Shown: positions 9,305-18,769 of the stretch, in pieces
How positions within the stretch are numbered: position 1 is the first letter of the stretch
How the letters are laid out: each line of letters begins with the position of its first letter
Source: a virus
Direction: 5' to 3' (one strand)
DNA length: 64,000 bases
IMG/VR virus record: IMGVR_UViG_3300024299_000001
Coordinates: 67,275 to 131,274 of that record
Made by a program: the position numbers and the translations under genes
The notes under the pieces: generated by a model
What the model saw: only the letters and a program-made list of their open reading frames with translations
What the model was told of the DNA's origin: nothing
Database searches by the model: none

Positions 9305-11104
9305 TTACCACTGTGCAACAGTCCACAACACGGCCAACCGTTCTGGGCGCAAAATCATGGAACCGTAGTACCATTTGATACTCATAAGCCCAGATTCACC
9401 GTAAGGATCCTGCGTGGAAACCATCTCTTTACCTGGTTTCTTATGGAAGATGGTAAACTTGGTGCTTTTACCGCTGGTCTGGAAACCAATAGTAGTAAAT
9501 GAAGCATCACCAACAACAAGCATCGGATACGCATCATAATAACCATCAGTTACACGATAACCAGAGTTAACACCCTCAGCGATACCTACGGAACCGGCAG
9601 CACCGTTATGGTGCATCATCTCAGGAACAACAACAATTCTGAAATGTCCAATGGTACCGATTTCACCATTAATCTCAGAACCAGCAGCCGCATAATGTGC
9701 CAGCGGGATAAATGCCTGGTTACTGAAATGATCAGTCATCTTTTCAATGGTAGGAATCAACTCAGAACCAATATATATAATACGGGCGGAGTTAATAACC
9801 TTTGTATCAACCATTCGGGAACCGGTTATAATCTTGGTGTTCTTAGGACATCTGTTGTTATCAAGATCAATGGAAAGCTTACTTAGATCATCATAATCAA
9901 CTTCAGTCAGGGTAGAAGCAACACCAGACATATCCTCTTTACTTAAAGCATCACCGGCATAACGAATAACACCAGCACCGTTAAGCAGATCAATCTGCAG
10001 AGCATCCTCGGTAATTTCATTGGCACCAAAGAGCATTTCACGGTTAATATGCATGGCCATCTCAGCATCAGTATCAAAGTCCAGAGATTCCTGGGTGTAC
10101 TCATCAAAGAAACCAAATTTCTCAATAGATCCTTCCAGAGTAATACGTTTGAAACCAACACGGTTAACTCTTCCACCAACCTCGGTCAGTGCAGGGAGTT
10201 TACCGGAGATATAACCAACATCTTTACTGGAACCATAAAGATTACCAGCACCATTTACAGAAGTGTTCAGGGTTGTTTCATAACCCAGATCGTAAATAGT
10301 ATTAGCACCTTCTACAGTTTCTGCAACAGACTCAGTACCAGTACCAGCTATTGTACAGGCTACACGACTAGCCTGATAGCCAGCACGATCAAAAGTTGCA
10401 GTAAGAGTTCCACCATTAGTACCGGTACCGGTAGCAAGAGCAAGGGTGAAAGGCATAGCTGCGTAGTTTGCAGCATTTGGGGATGCAATCAAACCAGCCA
10501 GAGCAGCATCAATAGTCTGAACACCAGCCATAGTAAATTCAAGATCTACTCCATCCCAAGTGATAGTAATTACATCATCAGTAGTAAGAGTAACCAGGGT
10601 AATAGTATCAACCTGAATTGCTTCACCGGTAGCTGCCTGAATGGCATAATCGGCTGCAACAGAAGCATGGGCCATGGTTGCATACTGATCAGGAAATTGT
10701 GATTGGATCCAGGCAACAAAAGCTGTCTTTGCAGCAGTAATAGCTGTTGCATCAACTGATGCATGGTTACCAACAAAATATTCTTTCATTCCTGCGCCAA
10801 GGGTACCTTCACCGTCCGGACCTGCAACAGTAATGGTAGATTCAAAAGTCGTTGTTGCACCAGCAGCATCCAATCCCTGATCATTGATATTCGCATCATC
10901 AAGTAAAGGCATGTAATGGTACCGTTTAATTGTTTTACCCATGTGTTTGGGCATGGCCGTTACATCAGCCAACTGGGAAAAGTACTGTTCTTTTTTCAGC
11001 TCAATAAGAGCTTTTTTCTGATAATACTCAGTTACTAGCTGAGTACCTATATCAGACGCCGCTCCGCCTGTTACAAAGCCTCGTCCACCGTCAGGTAGTG
11101 CCAT
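9305..11104 (-). CDS. Major capsid protein (N4 gp56-like) with a large Ala/Thr/Gly-rich internal insertion
   Basis: 599 aa. Sits between the portal/scaffold-like genes and a strong terminator. The N-terminal and C-terminal thirds (..FGFFDEYTQESLDFDTDAEMAMHINREMLFGANE..) resemble N4-like capsid proteins as I recall them. Confidence 0.75.
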   Translation of the reverse strand: MALPDGGRGFVTGGAASDIGTQLVTEYYQKKALIELKKEQYFSQLADVTAMPKHMGKTIKRYHYMPLLDDANINDQGLDAAGATTTFESTITVAGPDGEGTLGAGMKEYFVGNHASVDATAITAAKTAFVAWIQSQFPDQYATMAHASVAADYAIQAATGEAIQVDTITLVTLTTDDVITITWDGVDLEFTMAGVQTIDAALAGLIASPNAANYAAMPFTLALATGTGTNGGTLTATFDRAGYQASRVACTIAGTGTESVAETVEGANTIYDLGYETTLNTSVNGAGNLYGSSKDVGYISGKLPALTEVGGRVNRVGFKRITLEGSIEKFGFFDEYTQESLDFDTDAEMAMHINREMLFGANEITEDALQIDLLNGAGVIRYAGDALSKEDMSGVASTLTEVDYDDLSKLSIDLDNNRCPKNTKIITGSRMVDTKVINSARIIYIGSELIPTIEKMTDHFSNQAFIPLAHYAAAGSEINGEIGTIGHFRIVVVPEMMHHNGAAGSVGIAEGVNSGYRVTDGYYDAYPMLVVGDASFTTIGFQTSGKSTKFTIFHKKPGKEMVSTQDPYGESGLMSIKWYYGSMILRPERLAVLWTVAQW

Positions 11105-11127
11105 TTTATATTTCCTTGTTTAATAGA

Positions 11128-12369
11128 TTATTTTACTTTAAAATCATTAGGGTCAATTTTAGCAAAATCATCATCAGACATGGATAAAGGATTATACGAT
11201 ACGACTGCTGGAGTACCTTTACTCTTAGTAGGGCTAGCAGCCTTCTTGCGTTCTTTCCGTTTTTCCTCTGCTTTAGAATCGATTTTAGTTGGAGCAATAA
11301 CTGGTTCAGGTTTAGTTTCTGTTACAGGAGATGTTTCCTCCTTTTTAAACTGCCCTGCTTCGTATAGCTGATCACCCATTTGTTTATACGCATGAATATC
11401 AGATATCCCAGTTAAATTCCCCATGCTGCGTTCATACTCTACGGCTTTCATGACTTTATCATAGGTCCCATCGGCAACGTGCTCATTGATTGTTTTAATA
11501 ATTTGAGGTGAGTTGGCAATGATGTTACGACTGTCTTGATCCCATACATTCGTTATTACATTCAGAGTATCCTGATAGGTGGGCGTACTATGAATATCTT
11601 CAAGTACAGCGTCTAAATCAAGTTCTGATTCATTAACAGTATGTTGGGTCGGAGTATATTTACTGTCATCTTTAACATTTACATCCAAAGGATCCATACC
11701 ACTGTCTTTAACCAGTTTAGTAATTGCCTCTGGATTTTTGTTGTGTAGATCAATTAAAAAGTTAAGATCATTCTCTTCCATCAGGCCATTCTTTTCGAGT
11801 AACTTAAGAATGCGCATTGAAGGTTTAAGACCGGCCATCTTCTTATGATAATTGGCTCCCATCTGCATAAGACGGATAGCATCATCAGTATTCTTTACAG
11901 CCATGTCATAACCATTTGCTTTAAATGGAGCAGTGATCTTTTCATACTCAGCTTTATAATCAATCCCCGCTTTATCAGACTTTACTTCTTTGTCTTCTTT
12001 TTTATCTGTTTTAATTTTTTTATCCGAATCCGCCTCAAGGTCAGTTTCAACCTCCTCTTTTTTCTTTTCTGGTTCTGGCTTCTTCAAATCTTTATCTTCT
12101 TCTGAGAAAACTTTACTGGCTTCTTCAGCTGCAAGCTCTTCAGCCTTTTTATTAGCAGCTGCATCAGCTTCTTCCTGGGCTTTTGCTTCAGCTTCTGCAT
12201 CTTCCTCAGCTTTTTTAACTGCATCAGGATCAACCTCTTCTTCCGGCTCTTCCTCAACAATTTTTTCTGTAAGTTCTGGAGGACCCTCTAATTTAGCAAA
12301 GTCTTCATCAGACAATTCCAGTGCCTCAATCGGTGCTTCTTCCATTTTTGTTTCTTCGGCAACAGCCAT
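11128..12369 (-). CDS. Acidic, Glu/Lys-rich protein in the scaffold position
   Basis: 413 aa with a low-complexity EEE/KKK N-terminal half, located between portal and capsid. Confidence 0.4.
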   Translation of the reverse strand: MAVAEETKMEEAPIEALELSDEDFAKLEGPPELTEKIVEEEPEEEVDPDAVKKAEEDAEAEAKAQEEADAAANKKAEELAAEEASKVFSEEDKDLKKPEPEKKKEEVETDLEADSDKKIKTDKKEDKEVKSDKAGIDYKAEYEKITAPFKANGYDMAVKNTDDAIRLMQMGANYHKKMAGLKPSMRILKLLEKNGLMEENDLNFLIDLHNKNPEAITKLVKDSGMDPLDVNVKDDSKYTPTQHTVNESELDLDAVLEDIHSTPTYQDTLNVITNVWDQDSRNIIANSPQIIKTINEHVADGTYDKVMKAVEYERSMGNLTGISDIHAYKQMGDQLYEAGQFKKEETSPVTETKPEPVIAPTKIDSKAEEKRKERKKAASPTKSKGTPAVVSYNPLSMSDDDFAKIDPNDFKVK

Positions 12370-12372
12370 GGG

Positions 12373-12705
12373 TTACCCCTCTTCGGCTAGGATATTCTCT
12401 AGCTCTTGTTCTGCACTAAATAGTGCTTCTCTTGCAGTAACACCAGTCTGTCTCACATTAGCCAAAAATTGCTGTAAACCAGCAACACCCGTAAGCTGAC
12501 ACTGAGCATGAGCCTGAACCTTTGGTTCCTGGGCCTGCAAACTAGCAGTAAACGTCAGCATACCCAGAGCAAAGTCCCTTAAATAAGTCTCAGTAAATAA
12601 CTTTTTAAAGTGTTTGTTTTTCTCCAGGAAAATCAATGCATCAGCCAGTTCTACTTTGTCCCGTTCTGCTCTAATGTTTAACTCAATCTTTTCTAAATTT
12701 GTCAT
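12373..12705 (-). CDS. Hypothetical head-module protein
   Basis: 110-aa ORF between the portal and the scaffold-like gene. Confidence 0.3.
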   Translation of the reverse strand: MTNLEKIELNIRAERDKVELADALIFLEKNKHFKKLFTETYLRDFALGMLTFTASLQAQEPKVQAHAQCQLTGVAGLQQFLANVRQTGVTAREALFSAEQELENILAEEG

Positions 12706-12784
12706 AGTTTTATTCCTCTTTGTGTCCTCCTGCGATATGCTGCAGTGAGCTATTATAGGTTATACCTGAGTATAAATATACTGG

Positions 12785-14956
12785 TCAGGCAGTAGCTTTT
12801 TCTGGTTTAACGGTATCGGATATTATTTTAGTAGTCAAATCATTTTGTGCTTTTACATCTAACTTTTCCAACTCTCGGGCTTGATTTACTCCGGATTCTT
12901 GTTCTAAGTAACTTAAATCTTTATTATCAGCATCACTGGAGATATCTCTTGTTTTAGCGCCCTCAGTACCTGCTTTTGCCTCATTAAGTCTACCCTGAGT
13001 AATCTCACGGTAGCCCTTCTCACCGTTCAGTTCCGCTTCAGCAGCATGCTTGGTTGCCAATGCTTCTTCTTTAGCAATCTGAGCTTTAAGTAGATATATT
13101 TCTAATTCTCTCTTTGCTTCTTCAATTGGATCAGGTTTGGGCTCATACTCTTCAATCTTTTTAGCCATACCAGGCATCTTTCTTAAAGTAGCAATATCAG
13201 CAAGAATCATATTCCTTAAATCAGGGTCCATATTATTACCGGTAGTCTGAAGCATGAAAGCTAATTCCTCTGCTTTCTTATTATCAGCTTCAGCAGTACT
13301 TATGCTTAACTCAAGATCAAAATGACCAGCAAGATCATCTCTACGGATCGGAATGAATCTTTCATTGGTTACTCTAATAATTTCTTCTTCAGATAAGAAT
13401 TCAGCATTCATACTGATCATCTTACGACCAATCTGGATTATACCTAATGCAAGGCGCCTAAGTATACCAAATTCACGTTTACTAGCTGCATCTAAGGCAT
13501 CCCTACCACCTCCGACACTATCGCCTAATGCGCGGCTATTTATACCCGAATGGAAGGCCTTCACACCGGTAAGACTCTCAGCATCAGCATTCTGCATAGC
13601 AATCATATTGGGGGCTGAAGCAGGTATTTCCGGAAAGGAGTGCATATATACTGCTTGACGGGGATCCATTACCTGATTAAATACATAATCCTCACCCCTA
13701 TCAAATTTACGTTTATTAGTAAAATCAAGGAAACCTTGTTGCATGCCAGTCTGACTATTAGCTGATCGACCCAAAAGATCAATCATACCACGAGTGGTAG
13801 CACCAATAATCTGTTGATTCTCAATCAGTAATTCACCATCAGGTTGACCATAAAGGGATTTACGTACTGGCAAATACACTGCTTTAACAAAGGGATGTTC
13901 TTTATCCGGGAAAGGGTTCTCTTCCATACGGATCTTACGATCATTAACCCAAGCAGCAACAATGGGTACTACTGTACCATCACCATGGATATCCCAGTCA
14001 CCCCAGTACTGTTGCACGGTAAACTGCTTACGGGGTTCATCAGTAAAATTAAAAGAATCATTATCAGGTGTCTCTTCATAATCCGGATCAGTTAAAGGAG
14101 AAGAGGCTTCTTTATTTATATGCTTTAAATTATGATACTTACCGTCTTTCTTTAAACCGGCTACTGAAGCTTTAAAAGTCTCACCAATAAAACCTGCCTT
14201 ACGAATATCACCACCACAGGACGGATCCATAACAAGATTTTTATGCTCCATCACTTCAAGAACTGGTTGATTCTTTGTTTCCTTCATTACTTTCTCAATA
14301 CGAACACCAATTTGATTGGGTGTAACCGCCTGGCCAGTTGTAGCAAATATTTGTAATGTTTGATCCATCCCGGGATTGCTGTATTCTTCGTACACATCCC
14401 GGTTATCTTTCTTAAGTTGCAATAGCTGAATGTATTTAGGAATAGTTTGCTGCAGTACTTCCGGATCAGTAATAGGAATAAATTCGTATTCAGGAATCTC
14501 TTCCTCAACTTCCTCTTCTTCTGAATCCCAGCCTACTTTAACAATGACAGTACCTAGATCAACAGCATCCCGGATATAGGCATCAATAAAATTTACTTTA
14601 TCTATCTTAGTATTAAACTGATTATTCAGTACCAGAGCATTTTGTTTAGCCCGGTCTCGGTCACCAGCAGTAATTGGATTTACATTAAAAATATCTGAAG
14701 TACTTAAGAATGGTTCAGATAAAGAAGAGTACCGCCATTCAGCCTGCTTCCGGATAACCTTGGGCACAACAGAAGATCTACCTTTTGCAGTGGTAATCTT
14801 AGCAGCTCCAGTAATATTTAAATTCTCTAACCAGGTATCAACATTATTGATATGCTTATCATAGTCCGACCGGGCATCATCTAAATTTTGTTTCAAATCA
14901 GCGATAGATGGCTCATTAGCCCAATCAGTAAGTTTTGTTTTAGCTGTATCTTCCAT
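12785..14956 (-). CDS. Portal protein (N4 gp59-like)
   Basis: 723 aa. Size, position relative to terminase and capsid, and a charged helical C-terminus. Confidence 0.65.
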   Translation of the reverse strand: MEDTAKTKLTDWANEPSIADLKQNLDDARSDYDKHINNVDTWLENLNITGAAKITTAKGRSSVVPKVIRKQAEWRYSSLSEPFLSTSDIFNVNPITAGDRDRAKQNALVLNNQFNTKIDKVNFIDAYIRDAVDLGTVIVKVGWDSEEEEVEEEIPEYEFIPITDPEVLQQTIPKYIQLLQLKKDNRDVYEEYSNPGMDQTLQIFATTGQAVTPNQIGVRIEKVMKETKNQPVLEVMEHKNLVMDPSCGGDIRKAGFIGETFKASVAGLKKDGKYHNLKHINKEASSPLTDPDYEETPDNDSFNFTDEPRKQFTVQQYWGDWDIHGDGTVVPIVAAWVNDRKIRMEENPFPDKEHPFVKAVYLPVRKSLYGQPDGELLIENQQIIGATTRGMIDLLGRSANSQTGMQQGFLDFTNKRKFDRGEDYVFNQVMDPRQAVYMHSFPEIPASAPNMIAMQNADAESLTGVKAFHSGINSRALGDSVGGGRDALDAASKREFGILRRLALGIIQIGRKMISMNAEFLSEEEIIRVTNERFIPIRRDDLAGHFDLELSISTAEADNKKAEELAFMLQTTGNNMDPDLRNMILADIATLRKMPGMAKKIEEYEPKPDPIEEAKRELEIYLLKAQIAKEEALATKHAAEAELNGEKGYREITQGRLNEAKAGTEGAKTRDISSDADNKDLSYLEQESGVNQARELEKLDVKAQNDLTTKIISDTVKPEKATA

Positions 14957-14983
14957 GTGATATATCCTATTTAAATATGTTTA

Positions 14984-15454
14984 CTATTCTTTTGGAAATC
15001 TATTTTTAGCTGAACGACAAACAGCATCATATGCTTTAAGTTGCTCTTTACTTTTTTTTCTTTCTTTTGGGTCATCACTACGCAATTTAAACTGTATATC
15101 TAAATAATCATTTGAATCCGGGTATAACCACTTACGGAAAGTTGTATAGTATTTCTTTTTAAAAGCAACAGGTTCTTCACCTAAATTAATAATTGCTTTA
15201 TTAAAATTATCTTCTGAATCTACATATTGTTTTAAACTGAACAAATTAGTAACAGGAAATTCTGGATAAGGTATTGTGGGCTCTGTAACAACTAAAGTTT
15301 CAGGATTAATTATACAAGTTTCTTCATACCTTTGATCACATAAAATTTCTGTGACTGGATCAAAATTAAGTTTAGCTTGATGAAGCGAACAACCTAAGTA
15401 TTTTACAACTTTACCTGTTACTTTATTAAAAACTGTATATTCATTATTTTGCAT
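14984..15454 (-). CDS. Hypothetical protein
   Basis: 156-aa ORF in the late operon. Confidence 0.3.
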   Translation of the reverse strand: MQNNEYTVFNKVTGKVVKYLGCSLHQAKLNFDPVTEILCDQRYEETCIINPETLVVTEPTIPYPEFPVTNLFSLKQYVDSEDNFNKAIINLGEEPVAFKKKYYTTFRKWLYPDSNDYLDIQFKLRSDDPKERKKSKEQLKAYDAVCRSAKNRFPKE

Positions 15455-15459
15455 AATTC

Positions 15460-17628
15460 CTACTTATATGAAATCATTACTATAATACAAGGATAGCCTG
15501 TTGCGCCACCTAAAGTACCCTGTACTTTAAAAGAATATGAACCGGCTGCTACTGTTGACCAAGTTCTGCCACCAGAGTACATTCCTCCCTCACCACCAGC
15601 AGACCATATGAGTGTTGTACCTGCATAAAAATTAACAGTACAAGTAGTATACCCTACCATAGAAAACTGTACGGATATGTTTGCAGTAGAATGTGTAGAA
15701 AAATTATGAGTTAAAGTGTAATCAGTAGAAAGTCCACTATCTCCAGTAATCTCTGTTGCGGCATTAGCGTCAAGTTTACCAGTATTAACAGCTAGATCTT
15801 GGATATTACCAGTAGCAATAATATCACCGGTAACAGTTAAAGTAGAGCCATTCCAAAGAATACTTTTGGAGGAATTACCAAAAGCTAATTTATAGGTCCC
15901 ACCATCATAGCCCATCCAAAAACCAGCAGTTGGATCAGCATGCGAAGTTTTACCCCCTCTAAGGCTTCCAGTGGTTCCAACATTCAGTAAACCAGTATTA
16001 ACAGAAAGAGCGGCTAAATTAGATACATTTATTTGGTTTGCAGTAATAGAATTAGTATAAATCTTTCCGCCATCAATAAAGGTTTGTCCTGGATATTTCC
16101 AGAGTACCGTTGAATTGTAGCCAAGTACCCCATTTGCAGCATCAGCAAGAACTGCAGCACCGCCATTTAATTCCCCAACAGTTATTGCTCCAGTATTTAT
16201 TAAACTTGTTTGAATTTTAGTTCCTGAAATAATAGTGCCATCTAGGTTGCTAAAACCAACAGAAGATAAATAAGCCATAGCAGCTAAACTTAAAGCTGAC
16301 TTAACAGATGCAGGATCTGCACCAATTGAACCAACAATTAAAGTTGTGGGGATATTTACATAAGTAGAATTTAAACTAATAACATCACCAGCTACTGAAA
16401 ATACAGGATCAGCCGAAGTACTGGTTAACACTTTAAAAGTGTCAGCGTTAACAATAAATTCTGATTTAGTATCATCTGGTTGAGCTGTCCAATAAGCCGG
16501 GTCTACACCAGGAGCATTGCCTGCAGCAGACGTATGAGCTAAAATACAAAGATAAACTACATTACCATAAACAACTTTAACGTCTAATGGGTAGTCTTCG
16601 CCACTGAGCCAAATAGGATTAAGTAATAACTGAAAACCGGTTGCATAAGATTTACCATTACCATCTTCAACAATGTTTACTGCAAATTGATTAGCCAATA
16701 AAGTTTGGGTGGCCTCTAAAGAATATTTTGTTGCACCAAGTTTCGTGCTGTTGACTTGGGAAAGAATTTGATTAGCTGAAATTGTAGTTTCTGCAATATT
16801 TACTCGACCTGTAACACTATCAGTTGCAATTACTTGTAGATCAATAAGATCTCCTTGAATAGTAAGAGTAGCTGTATTTACATCTGCTTTTCCATTTACT
16901 AATATTCGCGCTTCAGACTCTAATATCAATCCAGCAGCATTAATACCAATAGAAGAAGTAAGTGTTTCAATATCTCCACCAGGGCCATTAATAGCCAATA
17001 CATCTGTAGCAACTAAATCAATATCATCCGCTGTTTGGTTTATTAATGTAGTATGGGCTGAAAGAGAGCCGTTAACAGATGTTTCCAGGTCAGTAACACT
17101 CTGACTAATCTGAATAGCAGTTAGCTCAATGCTAGCAGCTCTTGCATTTAATTTACCAGCAGTATCTGCTTTAATATCTACCGCTGAAAGGGCTATCTTC
17201 GCATCTGTTGCAATAACTGAAGTCGCAATTAAAGAATTACCGGCACCTAAAGTTAACAGAACATCTGCACCAACACTAACCCATAAATCTGCCAATTTAG
17301 TTAAATCAGAAGCAAGACTAGCTGCCATCTGTGTAGAGGTTAATTGACCGGCCAACATTGCTATAACTGTTGCTGTATCATACTTATTACCAACACCCGT
17401 ATTAATCACAACCACTGGCTTCTCATCACCAAGAACAGTAACCGGTGTTGCGCCGGTAACAGTAATTTGAGGGATTACATTGCCTATAACTGTGACTTGA
17501 GAGGTAGAATTATCTGTAACAGTTATTGCAGCAATAGAACTATCAGTAATAGTTACAGTAGGTTGATTATCAGTTACTGTAACGGTTATCACTGTAGGGA
17601 CTACATTTACAACAGCCATATCGCTCAT
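15460..17628 (-). CDS. Tail fibre / tail appendage protein
   Basis: 722 aa. N-terminus has (V/I)TVTD-type beta-repeats, the middle is Ser/Thr/Ala/Ile-rich, and the C-terminus is a Gly/Thr-rich globular end. Confidence 0.45.
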   Translation of the reverse strand: MSDMAVVNVVPTVITVTVTDNQPTVTITDSSIAAITVTDNSTSQVTVIGNVIPQITVTGATPVTVLGDEKPVVVINTGVGNKYDTATVIAMLAGQLTSTQMAASLASDLTKLADLWVSVGADVLLTLGAGNSLIATSVIATDAKIALSAVDIKADTAGKLNARAASIELTAIQISQSVTDLETSVNGSLSAHTTLINQTADDIDLVATDVLAINGPGGDIETLTSSIGINAAGLILESEARILVNGKADVNTATLTIQGDLIDLQVIATDSVTGRVNIAETTISANQILSQVNSTKLGATKYSLEATQTLLANQFAVNIVEDGNGKSYATGFQLLLNPIWLSGEDYPLDVKVVYGNVVYLCILAHTSAAGNAPGVDPAYWTAQPDDTKSEFIVNADTFKVLTSTSADPVFSVAGDVISLNSTYVNIPTTLIVGSIGADPASVKSALSLAAMAYLSSVGFSNLDGTIISGTKIQTSLINTGAITVGELNGGAAVLADAANGVLGYNSTVLWKYPGQTFIDGGKIYTNSITANQINVSNLAALSVNTGLLNVGTTGSLRGGKTSHADPTAGFWMGYDGGTYKLAFGNSSKSILWNGSTLTVTGDIIATGNIQDLAVNTGKLDANAATEITGDSGLSTDYTLTHNFSTHSTANISVQFSMVGYTTCTVNFYAGTTLIWSAGGEGGMYSGGRTWSTVAAGSYSFKVQGTLGGATGYPCIIVMISYK

Positions 17629-18026
17629 AGTGTTATTTCGCCAGTAACCTTTACTAAGCCAACAAGAATCTTGTCAACCACTTCAGCAACTACCGGAGGT
17701 CCGACAACAGCATCAGTAACTAGTTCCAGGTCATAACGGCCTTCATTAAAAGTTAATGCAGCCGTGTCAGCTGCAGAAATAAACATAGTAAGAGTAGTGG
17801 TTACTACTTCAATACCACCATTATCAGTTGTCAACTCTAATAGTGGTACCATTGGGCTATTACCATGTTTTTTAATCCAAGCAGGTCTGATCTGCATACG
17901 TACCGAATCGTAAGTACTGAAATCAATTGCTACTCCTGCAGCATTCTCAGCATTAATACCTACTGAAAATGTACCACCTCTGTAAATTGTAATATCGTAA
18001 TTACCAGGTACCATAATTAAGTCCAC
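17625..18026 (-). CDS. Hypothetical tail-module protein
   Basis: 133-aa ORF with overlapping start/stop with its neighbours. Confidence 0.3.
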   Translation of the reverse strand: MDLIMVPGNYDITIYRGGTFSVGINAENAAGVAIDFSTYDSVRMQIRPAWIKKHGNSPMVPLLELTTDNGGIEVVTTTLTMFISAADTAALTFNEGRYDLELVTDAVVGPPVVAEVVDKILVGLVKVTGEITL

Positions 18027-18742
18027 CCATTACTTTCAAATTTTTCGGAAGATTCCTCAGTCTTATCAGCCAAACCAAGTAACTCTATTTTTTTACATGA
18101 ATTTTCATATTGGTACATAAAAGTAGTATAAAGACTTCGCTCACCTTCAGCAGCCTTAGAAGCCTTTCCCTGGAACACCCGGGCAGCAACATAAAGCAAT
18201 AGGGGCTCTAGTATCCAACTAGGAAAGAATAATTCTACTTCTTCTGGATTAAAGTCATCTTCTACTACAATTTTGGGATAACTGGCCAAATAGATTAAAG
18301 TCAGAACTCTTAAAGGATCTTGAGGCGTAAGTCTTATAGTATCAAATGCTTGAGTGAACACCCCCAGATCCGGAAAACGTTTATCATTAAGATGGATTGG
18401 ATCATCATCAGCATCAATAACTTCAGTAATCTTAATTATATCATCTTCAAAGGGATCATCGCTATCTTCAATTAAATAACCATTAGAGGACACAGCAGCT
18501 ACAGTGCTGCTAAGGTAATCTGAACGAATTAAATAATGAGTAATACCAGTCTGTTCATAAAGATCAATTCTCTTTTCTTTAAGAGTAAAGCGCTTATAAA
18601 TCTCAATAAGACCTAAATTTACATTACTAACTATCTTGGGATATTTTTCTTCGGTAATAGTGGATAACACTGAATTGCCTAGAGCCAAATTAGAAAATTC
18701 TCCAGAGGCTAAAGTGTCAAAAAACTCTTGTAAGGTAATCAT
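18017..18742 (-). CDS. Hypothetical structural protein adjacent to terminase (N4 gp67 position)
   Basis: 241-aa ORF; position only. Confidence 0.3.
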   Translation of the reverse strand: MITLQEFFDTLASGEFSNLALGNSVLSTITEEKYPKIVSNVNLGLIEIYKRFTLKEKRIDLYEQTGITHYLIRSDYLSSTVAAVSSNGYLIEDSDDPFEDDIIKITEVIDADDDPIHLNDKRFPDLGVFTQAFDTIRLTPQDPLRVLTLIYLASYPKIVVEDDFNPEEVELFFPSWILEPLLLYVAARVFQGKASKAAEGERSLYTTFMYQYENSCKKIELLGLADKTEESSEKFESNGWT

Positions 18743-18769
18743 GAGTACCCTCTACGTTAAATATTTAGT

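Noticed and set aside
9608-10776. Antisense ORFs inside the capsid gene (9608..9886, 10020..10214, 10049..10702, 9943..10179, 10570..10776), and similar ORFs inside other large genes
   Set aside because: They are low-complexity, Ser/Thr/Cys/Ile-rich translations lying opposite or out of frame to strongly supported genes, and they lack an SD. They are typical shadow ORFs. The same reasoning applies to 11990..12499, 17344..17736, 62382..63065 and others.
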